Origin: Candidatus Fraserbacteria bacterium | GTDB lineage: Bacteria; Bipolaricaulota; Bipolaricaulia; RBG-16-55-9; DRXL01 | NCBI GenBank assembly: GCA_037440025.1 | Contig: JBBIUX010000002.1 | Coordinates: 15,379 to 79,378 of the forward strand | Length of the DNA stretch: 64,000 nt | Direction: 5' to 3' | Shown: piece after piece, positions 18,929 through 27,287 of the stretch | How the letters are laid out: the number at the start of each line of letters is the position of its first letter | How positions within the stretch are numbered: the first letter of the stretch is position 1 | The notes under the pieces: generated by a model | Database searches by the model: none | Told to the model about the DNA's origin: nothing | The model's input: the letters and a program-made list of their open reading frames with translations, nothing else | Program-made: the position numbers and the translations under genes

Positions 18929-20674
18929 CTAATGCAGCACCACGCAGAAATCCAGCCCACGCAGCTCCAAGGGTTTAGAGTTATCCGGCGCGTGCACGAC
19001 CATCCGTCCGCGCTCAAAGTACGGCAGCACCTTCTGATACCGCACCGGAGCCCCCGCCAGCTCGGCCATCTCCCGCTCCATCCCCAAGAGAATCCGTGTA
19101 CTGATCTGGGCTAACACCGTCTCGTTCACATCCTGAGGGCTCTGCGTGATCAGCGTCAACGCCAGCCGGTGCTTGCGCCCTTGCTTGGCTGCTTTTATGA
19201 ATTTGTCCACGATAATACGGTCTTGCTGGGTCTGGTCTTTGGTGAAGTATCGATGGGCCTCGTCTACTACTAAAACAATGGGGAATTTTTCAATGCGTCG
19301 CCCCCAATCGGTCGGCGCGCTCTTGAGCTTGGCGTCGGCGATCATGGATAGTATGGCGAGCACGACGATTCTTTCCGCATCGGGGCTTAAATGCTTCGTC
19401 GCGAAGATACTTACGGCGTCTTCGGCAAAAATGTCGCTGTAGAGCTGGGTGAGCGAGTTGGCTCCCTGGTCGAAGACCCGTGCAAATTGCGGGCGGTCTA
19501 CTCTTCTTTGCAGAGCCTGAAATGTCGCCGGGTGGATACGCCCGTTCTGTTTATAAGTTTCTAAAGTGTTTGGATCGGCGACGAAGCGCAGAAAGTCTTG
19601 ATACGTCCCGGCCTCGTTCTGGAAAAAGAAATCCCGCACGAGAGTGACCAGGGAAATATACTGGTTTTCGTCGAGTTCGCCGCCCGCAATGAGATAGGGG
19701 AAATCTTTGACGAGCGTGAACGGGATCGTGAAGTTGGTGTACTTCGTACAGCCCGAGTAGCGCGGCTCGCCCTCCACAGCCGCGTAGACGGTCAGCTTCT
19801 CTCGCACACCGCCAAACTGCACGCCGTGCCCAAAGAGCATCTCTTGGTCTTCTTTAGTGAGATGGGGATTGTCCTCGCGCATCTTCCAGTACTCGTTCTC
19901 CGGGTCAATAATGACCAGGCACGGCGTGCGCTGTTCGCCGCCGCGGCGCTCCATCGGATAAACAGAACCGATGATCTGACGCAAGAAATTTTTGGCAACG
20001 TGCGTTTTGCCCTTGCCGCTCATGCCCGCGATCAAGACGTGCGTAAAGATAATGGGATCGCCGGTTTTCTTCTCATCGTTAATCAAATAATAGGGCACGT
20101 ACTGTTTCTGTCTGGTTTGGATCGGTTCGCCGTTCACAGCGACGTGGCCCAGGAAGAGCCCCGAGTCGGGAATATCCAAGCCGATCTTGACTTCGTCCTC
20201 GCCCGTTACTTTGCGGACAATGGTATTGGGCTTGGGAATGTAGCGCACTTCGAGGGCTTGGTGTTCCGGACCGATCATGGAGATGGGATTGAGAAGAGCC
20301 GTTTCGATGTAGTCATCCTCGCCGAGGCGCTCCGCGCCGACCAAGACGTGCACTTCACTCATGTCATCAAGCGCGTCGCGCTTGCGATAGCAGAGCTGTT
20401 CGACGCTGGCGAATATCTTATAGTCTTTATAGCCCAGAGGGATAACGACATAATCCCCCAGAGCGAGCTCGTTGCGTTTCTCCTCAGGGAGATAGACTTC
20501 GATATGGGTCTTCTTATCTTCGGTGGCAATGGAAAGCTCTTCGGCGATACAGATTCTCCCGATCTCTTCAGGGCCGAGCGGCTGGATTGCTATCAGCTCG
20601 TTCTCGGCGACGGGGTCGGTCACGGCTTGGGGCCGGATGCGCAGTTTTCGTTCGAGCTCAACTTGGTCGGCCAT
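18929..20674 (-). CDS. HerA-like (DUF87) ATPase
   Basis: HVLIAGMSGKGKT, IIDPENEY, LVVDEAH, KQGRK, ITQSPQD. Confidence 0.85.
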   Translation of the reverse strand: MADQVELERKLRIRPQAVTDPVAENELIAIQPLGPEEIGRICIAEELSIATEDKKTHIEVYLPEEKRNELALGDYVVIPLGYKDYKIFASVEQLCYRKRDALDDMSEVHVLVGAERLGEDDYIETALLNPISMIGPEHQALEVRYIPKPNTIVRKVTGEDEVKIGLDIPDSGLFLGHVAVNGEPIQTRQKQYVPYYLINDEKKTGDPIIFTHVLIAGMSGKGKTHVAKNFLRQIIGSVYPMERRGGEQRTPCLVIIDPENEYWKMREDNPHLTKEDQEMLFGHGVQFGGVREKLTVYAAVEGEPRYSGCTKYTNFTIPFTLVKDFPYLIAGGELDENQYISLVTLVRDFFFQNEAGTYQDFLRFVADPNTLETYKQNGRIHPATFQALQRRVDRPQFARVFDQGANSLTQLYSDIFAEDAVSIFATKHLSPDAERIVVLAILSMIADAKLKSAPTDWGRRIEKFPIVLVVDEAHRYFTKDQTQQDRIIVDKFIKAAKQGRKHRLALTLITQSPQDVNETVLAQISTRILLGMEREMAELAGAPVRYQKVLPYFERGRMVVHAPDNSKPLELRGLDFCVVLH

Positions 20675-20862
20675 GCTGACCACCCTTTCTCCCTCTATAT
20701 AGAAGGGGAAAAGAGGACGGCTGTCAAGCCTACACGTCCAGCAAGAAGGCGTCTTTGTGGGGAAGAAGCTGTTTCAATACCACTGTGGTCCAATTAACAG
20801 TAGCTTTCCCCGCCGGGCTGCACTACAATAATGGCTCAATAGTTTATTAGGAGAGAGGTGAT

Positions 20863-21045
20863 GTGCCGGTGAGACCGTTCTACGTATCGCACAATCCCTA
20901 TCGCTCTCAGCCTGCCGGGCACAATATGCAGATACGGGAGCGTCCATTGCGGGCAGTGACAAAAGAGCCGACGGGTGCGCCGCGGGGATTTGACAGAGAG
21001 ATTTTTTTGTGCTACCCTACAAACCGACTGGTCGGTCGGTTATGA
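20863..21045 (+). CDS. Possible small protein upstream of tetR
   Basis: Strong SD AGGAGAGAGGTG; stop overlaps the tetR ATG (ATGA); no recognisable homology. Confidence 0.3.
   Translation: MPVRPFYVSHNPYRSQPAGHNMQIRERPLRAVTKEPTGAPRGFDREIFLCYPTNRLVGRL
20990..21041 (+). promoter_or_regulatory. Promoter and probable TetR operator
   Basis: TTGACA-17 nt-TACCCT (TG-extended) followed by palindrome ACCGAC-TG-GTCGGT at 21023-21036. Confidence 0.7.
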
Positions 21046-21632
21046 GGGACAAAGAACAGACGCGCGAGCGCATTTTAGAAGCTGCCGAAAGACTTTTTGC
21101 CGAGAAGGGCTTTCACGAGACGGCGATGGACGAGATCGTTCAAGCCGCTCACCTCTCCAAGGGTGGCGTCTACTTTCACTTTCCCAGCAAAGAAAGGCTC
21201 TATTTTGCTCTGCTCGACCGGCTGGCTGATGCGCTCCAACGCGAGGTCGAACACGAGATCTCGCGCCGGCGCGGTGCCGTGGAGAAGGTGCAGGGGGCAT
21301 TAGAAGTCGTCTTAAAAAATCTTGCGAGCAGGCGCCGTTTGGCACAGATCATCTTGCGGCAGGGCTACGGGCTGGGGCCGAGCTTCGAGCGCAAGCGCTT
21401 GGAAATCTACTCTCGATTCGCTCAGCTCATCCAGGAGCATTTGGACCAAGCCATGGCGGATGGCTCTATCCCGCCCCTGAACACAGAAATCACGGCTTAC
21501 GTCTGGTTGGGGGCAATCAACGAGCTTGTCTTGCGCTGGCTTTATACTGGGGAGCCGGACCCCTTGAAAGAATCGCTGCCGGCACTACTGGAGGTCTTTC
21601 TGCGCGGCATCGGGAGAGAAACCGAAACTTAA
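21042..21632 (+). CDS. TetR/AcrR family regulator
   Basis: RERILEAAERLFAEKGFHETAMDEIV...SKGGVYFHFPSKE. Confidence 0.95.
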   Translation: MRDKEQTRERILEAAERLFAEKGFHETAMDEIVQAAHLSKGGVYFHFPSKERLYFALLDRLADALQREVEHEISRRRGAVEKVQGALEVVLKNLASRRRLAQIILRQGYGLGPSFERKRLEIYSRFAQLIQEHLDQAMADGSIPPLNTEITAYVWLGAINELVLRWLYTGEPDPLKESLPALLEVFLRGIGRETET

Positions 21633-21654
21633 ACCTACACCTGAAGGAGGTCTC

Positions 21655-22911
21655 ATGGTCTCACGTCGAGATTTTTTGCGAGCAAGCATCGGAGCAGCAG
21701 TGACCCTCTGGGTTTCAGGAGATTCGGGCAGAGCCCAGTTGCAATCCATTCGCATCGGCCATCAGTTGGATCGAACGGGAGCTGTGGCGCTCTTTGGTAA
21801 ATGGCACAACCGCGCCATTGACGCTGCTATAAAATGGGTCAACGAACAGCGCGGCATCAACGGGCGGCCCATCGAGCTGGTCAATTCAGACGATGCTCAA
21901 ACCAAACCCGATGTCGGCAAAGACGAATTCGAAAAATTAGTCACCCAAAAGAGAGCCGACTTTGTGATCGGCTCGGTTTTCTCCGGGACGAATATCGCGA
22001 CGGCTCCTCTCGCCAAGGCGCTCAAGACCGTCTACTTCCCCCAAGGGATTGCGACAGCTATCTCCGAAAAATTCGGGAATCGCCATGTCTTCAAGAGCTA
22101 TCATACAGTGAGGGCCGCGATTGAAGCAGCACACGAGTGGGTCTTTGCCAACTTGGGCAGGCGGTTTACCATCGTGCATTCGGTCATTGATTTCGGGCGC
22201 TCTCAAGCGGAAGACTGGACCGAAAAAATCCGTGCGGCGGGCGGCGAGGTCCAGACCATTTCTGTGCCCTTCCCCGCTCCCGGTGACTTGCTCCCGACGC
22301 TGCAAAAGATTGATCTCTCTAAAACCGAGGTGCTCTACCATGCTTTTACAGCCGTGGAAACGGCGCGCTTTCTACAAGCAGCACGCGATCAGAATCTGCA
22401 GGCTCGCGTAAAGATTCTGGGCCTGATCGAGGGCATAGATATTTTGAGCACGGCTGATCCGTCGTTGGAGGGGACGTATTTTATCTCGGGCTACCCGCGG
22501 CGGGCCGATCAAGCTCCCGATGAGTTGCGCGACTTTGATCGAGAATATCGTCGTCGCGTGGGTATCAACCCCGATGGGTTTTCGGTAGAGAATCCCCGCG
22601 AAGTCGTCCCGATTGCTGATCTGTTCGGCTCATGGCAAGCGGTCTTCTTGCTCAAGCAAGCCGCCGAGCTCGTCAACTGGCGCAGCAAGGCCGACAATCC
22701 TGCACTCATTCAAGCTTTAGAAGGACTGACGATGCCAGCGAGCGTCAACTTCCCTCAAGGGGCGCAGTTCGTCAGAGCCCAAGACCATTTAGTCTTTCAT
22801 GATCACTATATCGAGCGAGTGGAGCAAGGGCAACTGAAGGTCTTGGCACGCATCCCTAGAGAGAAGTCGCTCTATAAGACAAGTGCAGATTATACAAAAG
22901 AAGAGTTTTGA
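21655..22911 (+). CDS. Branched-chain-type ABC substrate-binding protein, Tat-exported
   Basis: SRRDFLR twin-arginine signal; GINGRPIELV..DD; SD AAGGAGG. Confidence 0.9.
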   Translation: MVSRRDFLRASIGAAVTLWVSGDSGRAQLQSIRIGHQLDRTGAVALFGKWHNRAIDAAIKWVNEQRGINGRPIELVNSDDAQTKPDVGKDEFEKLVTQKRADFVIGSVFSGTNIATAPLAKALKTVYFPQGIATAISEKFGNRHVFKSYHTVRAAIEAAHEWVFANLGRRFTIVHSVIDFGRSQAEDWTEKIRAAGGEVQTISVPFPAPGDLLPTLQKIDLSKTEVLYHAFTAVETARFLQAARDQNLQARVKILGLIEGIDILSTADPSLEGTYFISGYPRRADQAPDELRDFDREYRRRVGINPDGFSVENPREVVPIADLFGSWQAVFLLKQAAELVNWRSKADNPALIQALEGLTMPASVNFPQGAQFVRAQDHLVFHDHYIERVEQGQLKVLARIPREKSLYKTSADYTKEEF

Positions 22912-22924
22912 CCCACTCCCTGCC

Positions 22925-22983
22925 CACCCTCATCCGGCCTTCGGCCACCCTCTCCCTAGCAGGGAGAGGGACGGGTGAGGGTG
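22925..22983. repeat. GC-rich palindromic element (family B)
   Basis: CACCCTCATCC-GGCCTTCGGCC-ACCCTCTCCCTAGCAGGGAGAGGG-ACGGGTGAGGGTG nested hairpins. Confidence 0.8.
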
Positions 22984-22985
22984 AA

Positions 22986-23855
22986 ATGTTCTCAACTATG
23001 CTGCTTCTTGCGCTCCTCAACGGGCTTGTCTGGGGCTGTATCTGGGCATTGCTGGCGCTCGGACTGAGCTTGATTTACGGGACGCTCGGTGTATTAAATC
23101 TGGCGCACGGTGCGTTCTATATGCTGGGGGCACTGTTGGGGTGGGCACTGATGCCCTTGGTGGGCTTTGGGGGAGCGTTGCTGGTCGCGCCACTCATAGT
23201 AGGACTGCTGAGCTTGTGGAGTGGGCGTCTTCTCTTGCCCAAGCCCCAAAAGAATACAGTGATGGCGCTGCTGGCGACCTTCGCCTTGATGCTCATCCTC
23301 CAACAGACAACCGCGATCTTTTTACAAGTGACGACGGGAGAACTGAGACACTTCGTCGCGCCGCCTCTGCGGTGGCCCATCGCTCTTGGCGATCGCTTCT
23401 ACGATGGGTATCGCTTGCTGGTAGCGGGAATTGCAAGTGTGGTGCTGGCAGGGCTTTGGGCGCTCTTGTACGGCACGCGCTGGGGGCGTTGGCTGCGTGC
23501 CGTGCGCGAGAACTGTGAATTGGCGTTGAGTTTGGGGATTCCCGTGCCGTGGGTGCGCGCGGGGGCGTTTGGGCTAGGGGCAGCGCTGGCCGCCCTCGCC
23601 GGTGTTTTGGTCGGGCCTATAGTCAGAGAGGTGCAACCCGCTATGGGCATCGAAGTTTTATTGGTCAGTGTGCTGATCTCGGTCGTGGGAGGGTTGGGAA
23701 GCTTGCGCGGAGCGCTCGTCGTGGCCTTTCTCTACAGTGTCACCGAGAATCTCCTGACGGTGCTGACCGATCCCACGCTTGCCCGTGCCGGGGCTCTGGG
23801 AGCAATTGGTCTTATTTTGATCTTCCGCCCTCAGGGGCTGGGAGGTCCCCGCTGA
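22986..23855 (+). CDS. livH: Branched-chain ABC permease (LivH-like)
   Basis: LNGLVWG...ALGLSLIYG...LNLAHGAFYMLGA; VVGGLGSLRGA. Confidence 0.9.
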   Translation: MFSTMLLLALLNGLVWGCIWALLALGLSLIYGTLGVLNLAHGAFYMLGALLGWALMPLVGFGGALLVAPLIVGLLSLWSGRLLLPKPQKNTVMALLATFALMLILQQTTAIFLQVTTGELRHFVAPPLRWPIALGDRFYDGYRLLVAGIASVVLAGLWALLYGTRWGRWLRAVRENCELALSLGIPVPWVRAGAFGLGAALAALAGVLVGPIVREVQPAMGIEVLLVSVLISVVGGLGSLRGALVVAFLYSVTENLLTVLTDPTLARAGALGAIGLILIFRPQGLGGPR

Positions 23856-24790
23856 TGCGTTGGGGGGTGGGTCTGTTGGGAGTGCTGGGCTTGGCTCTCA
23901 TCCCGTGGCTCTGGGGCTTTTTCGTGCTCCCGCTGACGAATGTTTTTCTGTGGGGGCTCTTTGCGCTCTCGCTGAATGTGCTCTATGGGTACACCGGCCT
24001 GCTCAGTCTGGGTCAGGGAGTCTATTTTGCTTTTGGGGCGTACGGTGCCGCGTGGGCGGTCATTCACGGGGGTGCAAGTTTTGGGGTTGCGTTGATGGCG
24101 GGACCGATCTTAGCCCTACTGGTGGCGCTTGCAGTGGGTTGGGTGAGCGTGCGGCTATCTGGGTATGGGTTTGTCGTCGTCACGCTGGTCACGGCGTTGG
24201 TCTGCTATTTGTTAGCTTTGGGAGCAGACAGCCTTACCGGGGGAGACGACGGGATGTCTTTTCGGGTACCAGCTATTAGTTTTCTGGGGCTAGAGCTTCA
24301 AGTACAAGCCCTGTCAGTGCGATACTATCTCGCACTGATAGCTCTCACTATGGGGTTTGGGCTGACGAGCTTGATCATCGCCAGCCCCTTGGGGTTGGCC
24401 TTCAAATTAGTGCGAGAGAACGAGCGCCGTGCGGCTTTTCTTGGATATGATGTCTTCAAGATAAAGTTAGCGTCGTTTGTGATCGCTGGGGCGATGGCTG
24501 GGTTAGCTGGCGCTGTATGGGTGCTGTCGAAGGAGTTTGTGCGGGCAGGGCTCTTTCAGCCCTTCGGGGCGTTTGTCTCAGCTCAGCCTGACCCGGACCC
24601 GCTGATCGCAGTGCTCCTCGGTGGGGTGGGGACGTTGCTGGGGCCGTTGGTGGGCACGGGGATTCTGTTGGGACTGCGAGAGATTTTTATAAATCTATGG
24701 CCTCAGGGGTACGCGCTAGCGATGGGGGTTGTGATCTCGCTGATCGTGCGGTACGCGCCGGGCGGGGTACTGGGCTCTTTCAGGCGTTAG
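23855..24790 (+). CDS. livM: Branched-chain ABC permease (LivM-like)
   Basis: ALSLNVLYGYTGLLSLGQ, LTGGDDG, RENERRAAFLGY; start coupled by TGATG overlap. Confidence 0.9.
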   Translation: MRWGVGLLGVLGLALIPWLWGFFVLPLTNVFLWGLFALSLNVLYGYTGLLSLGQGVYFAFGAYGAAWAVIHGGASFGVALMAGPILALLVALAVGWVSVRLSGYGFVVVTLVTALVCYLLALGADSLTGGDDGMSFRVPAISFLGLELQVQALSVRYYLALIALTMGFGLTSLIIASPLGLAFKLVRENERRAAFLGYDVFKIKLASFVIAGAMAGLAGAVWVLSKEFVRAGLFQPFGAFVSAQPDPDPLIAVLLGGVGTLLGPLVGTGILLGLREIFINLWPQGYALAMGVVISLIVRYAPGGVLGSFRR

Positions 24791-25242
24791 CCATGCGAGC
24801 CTTTCAAGATGCGACGCATCTCGCGGTCGGCTTCTTTCTTTTTAATCTTCTCGCGCTTGTCATACTTGGCCAAGCCTTTGGCCAGCGCTAGTTCGACTTT
24901 AGCAAAGCCGTTCTTGAAATAGACCTTGAGCGGAATGAGCGTGTAGCCCTTCTCTTTGACTTTGGACTGTAAGCGATAGATCTCTTGTTTTTTGAGTAGC
25001 AATTTGCGTTTGCGTAAGGGGTCGGGATTATAGCGATTGCCTTCCTGATAGGGAGCGATATAGACGTTCATCAAGAAGACTTCGCCGTTGCGCACCAACG
25101 CAAAGCCATCTTGCAAACTCACGCTGCCCCGCCGAATGGATTTGACTTCGGTGCCCTTGAGCTCGATCCCGGCCTCGATGGTCTCTTCAATGCGATACTC
25201 GTGTCGGGCCTTGCGGTTGGTTGCAGCGATTCTTTCGCTCAT
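24787..25242 (-). CDS. smpB: SsrA-binding protein
   Basis: NRKARHEY...EAGIELKGTEVKS...RKRKLLL...YDKRE. Confidence 0.97.
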   Translation of the reverse strand: MSERIAATNRKARHEYRIEETIEAGIELKGTEVKSIRRGSVSLQDGFALVRNGEVFLMNVYIAPYQEGNRYNPDPLRKRKLLLKKQEIYRLQSKVKEKGYTLIPLKVYFKNGFAKVELALAKGLAKYDKREKIKKKEADREMRRILKGSHG

Positions 25243-25312
25243 AGGGCCAGGCTTCGCCTGGACCGTGCGTCGTGCTGCCAAAGGCAGCACGGTGAGCAGT
25301 CCAGACGAAGTC

Positions 25313-25389
25313 TGGTGGCGGGGGAGGGACTCGAACCCTCTACCTGCCGCTTATGAGACGGCCGCTCTAACCAAATGAGCTACCCCGCC
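25313..25389 (-). tRNA. tRNA-Met(CAT), probably elongator
   Basis: GGCGGGGTAGCTCA...GCCGT-CTCATAA-GCGGC...CCCCGCCACCA. Confidence 0.9.
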
Positions 25390-25434
25390 ATTCGGTCCCC
25401 TAGTTTAGCACATCATACATTAGTCCAGCAACCC

Positions 25435-25460
25435 AAAAAGAAAAAGGCGCCATGCGCCCT
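25435..25460 (-). terminator. Intrinsic terminator after tRNA-fMet
   Basis: GGGCGC-ATG-GCGCCT followed by a U-rich tract on the minus strand. Confidence 0.6.
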
Positions 25461-25461
25461 C

Positions 25462-25537
25462 TGGTTGCGGGGGCTGGATTCGAACCAGCAACCTCCGGGT
25501 TATGAGCCCGACGAGCTTCCTGTTGCTCCACCCCGCA
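25462..25537 (-). tRNA. Initiator tRNA-fMet(CAT)
   Basis: TGCGGGGTGGAGC...TCGGG-CTCATAA-CCCGG (three G-C pairs in the anticodon stem)...CCCCGCAACCA. Confidence 0.93.
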
Positions 25538-25846
25538 CGTTCGCTAGCATTATAACACTTGAGCGGACGGAACGCAAGGGAGATTTGCTCCAGATAGGGG
25601 TCCGATGTTACACTGAGATCATACTGACCAAGAGAGGGACTGTATATATGCACCTGGCAAGATATATCAGAGTGCTTAGTGGGCTCAAGGCGTGTCTGTT
25701 CAAGATAAAATTCTCACCTTGTGGGGTGCCGGGCGAGACCAGACCAGACTTATCGGGCCAAGCAGCGCTTTCGTAGTGAACAACAGGGCAGGGGATTTCT
25801 ATCCGGAGACGCTCGCTCAAAAGTGCCAGTAGTGTTTGAGCTGTAG

Positions 25847-25933
25847 TGCCGAGGGCGGGACTCGAACCCGCACGGAGGGTTGGCCTCCAACGGATTTTAA
25901 GTCCGTAGCGTCTGCCGATTCCGCCACCCCGGC
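25847..25933 (-). tRNA. tRNA-Leu(TAA), CCA not encoded
   Basis: GCCGGGGTGGCGGAA...ACGGA-CTTAAAA-TCCGT, long variable arm, ends GGCA-CTA. Confidence 0.93.
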
Positions 25934-25999
25934 AAGCTTCGCTTGACTTTCATCTTCGCCAGCCACAGGCTGGCGAAGGCAAACAGTCCAGATGAAATC

Positions 26000-26074
26000 T
26001 GGAGCGGGCGACGGGATTTGAACCCGCGACCTTCTGCATGGCAAGCAGACGCTCTACCGCTGAGCTACGCCCGC
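26000..26074 (-). tRNA. tRNA-Gly(GCC)
   Basis: GCGGGCGTAGCTCAG...TCTGC-TTGCCAT-GCAGA...GCCCGCTCCA. Confidence 0.96.
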
Positions 26075-26110
26075 GCGACGCGTTCATTGTAAGCTGTCGG
26101 CCCCGGCTTG

Positions 26111-27052
26111 TCAAGCAAGCGTGACACTGGATGCTGAGAAGAGTGCTACGAGAATATCTCTCAACGCCGGTTCAAGCTCTGCAAAGCGAAAGCGATAGCC
26201 CATCTCTTGGGCGCGCCTTGAGATAGCAAGTCTGCTTGCCAGTAGCTCACTGGACAGCTCACCCAAAACGATCTTGAGCGCCAACGCCGGGGCAGGTATG
26301 AACGCCGGTCGCCGCAAGAGGCGTCCTAAGACGTGGGCAAACTCTTTCTGGCGCACCGTCTGAGGAGCCGTGACGTTGACGGGACCACTAAGATTGCTCT
26401 TCTCTAACGCATAGACGATGAGGCCCACAGCATCGTCACGATGAATCCACGGCCACCATTGACGGCCTGAACCCAGCGGCCCTCCAAGCCCAAGCTTGAA
26501 GAGCGGGAGCATTGCTTGGAGTGCCCCGCCGTCCGGCCCCAATACCAACCCTGTGCGCAGTCGCACAACACGCATCCCTACATCTTGCGCCTTGGCGGCC
26601 TCGCGCTCCCATTCTTGACATAGCTTCCCGATGAAGTCCGCACCAGGGGATGCGTCCTCCGTCAGCATCTCTTCGCCGCGGTCGCCGTAGTAGCCGATGG
26701 CGCTGGCCGAGATGAGCACCTTTGGGCGCGATGAGAGCTTTGAGAGCCCTTCTACGAGATTTCTTGTGCCCACAATGCGACTCTCGCGGATGGCGCGCTT
26801 TTTCGCGTCTGTCCAGCGGCCCGCGATGCTCTCAGCAGCGAGATGGATCACGGCTTCGACATCTGTAAAAGCCTCGGCGGGAGGCGACGCGGTCAATGGG
26901 TCCCATGAGAAAGCTTCTTGGAGGTGAGGCACTTTTCGTTGCGCTGTTGCTCCATCGCGTGAGAGCGCCGTGAGCGTGTGGCCGGCTTGACTTAAGATTT
27001 CACACAAGCGACTTCCGATAAAGCCCGTCGCGCCGGTGATGAGGATTTTCAT
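26111..27052 (-). CDS. TIGR01777-family NAD-dependent epimerase/oxidoreductase
   Basis: ITGATGFIG, HLAAESIAGRWT, SASAIGYYG, GSGRQWWPWIH. Confidence 0.93.
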   Translation of the reverse strand: MKILITGATGFIGSRLCEILSQAGHTLTALSRDGATAQRKVPHLQEAFSWDPLTASPPAEAFTDVEAVIHLAAESIAGRWTDAKKRAIRESRIVGTRNLVEGLSKLSSRPKVLISASAIGYYGDRGEEMLTEDASPGADFIGKLCQEWEREAAKAQDVGMRVVRLRTGLVLGPDGGALQAMLPLFKLGLGGPLGSGRQWWPWIHRDDAVGLIVYALEKSNLSGPVNVTAPQTVRQKEFAHVLGRLLRRPAFIPAPALALKIVLGELSSELLASRLAISRRAQEMGYRFRFAELEPALRDILVALFSASSVTLA

Positions 27053-27117
27053 AGCTCAAGAGTGACTCTAGTGCTTAATGGTGCAAGTTATATCTCGGTC
27101 TGATTAGATAAAAGCTA

Positions 27118-27189
27118 TAGGCCGTGCAGGGATCGAACCTGCGACCCTCCGCTTAAAAGGCGGATGCTCTACCACTGAGCTAACGGCCC
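27118..27189 (-). tRNA. tRNA-Lys(TTT), CCA not encoded
   Basis: GGGCCGTTAGCTCAGTGGTAGAGC-ATCCGC-CTTTTAA-GCGGA...GGTTCGATCC...ACGGCCTA. Confidence 0.93.
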
Positions 27190-27287
27190 ATGTCTCTAGA
27201 ATTTTACCTCAAAAGAGACGACTCTGTCAATAGAAACTTGTGATGAGCCCCAACAGCGTGGTATAATAACTTTTGAAGGAGGCCAAT

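Noticed and set aside
18929-20683. HerA as part of a known defence system (Nezha, SIR2-HerA, DUF4297-HerA)
   Set aside because: No effector gene is adjacent in this window
19598-20797. Long antisense ORFs (19598-20797 +, 32492-33688 -, 46645-47532 -, 29019-29792 -, 37771-38574 -)
   Set aside because: Expected opposite-strand open frames of GC-biased genes; no independent motifs or RBS
20861-20990. Selenoprotein reading M-C-R-U...H-C-G-Q-U if both TGAs are recoded
   Set aside because: No convincing SECIS-like hairpin after either TGA, no recognisable fold, and the frame runs out of phase into tetR; probably chance
25540-25845. Possible tmRNA/SRP/6S RNA or small ORF (25608-25820) near smpB and the tRNAs
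   Set aside because: No tRNA-like tmRNA ends, no SRP loop motif and no recognisable protein signature
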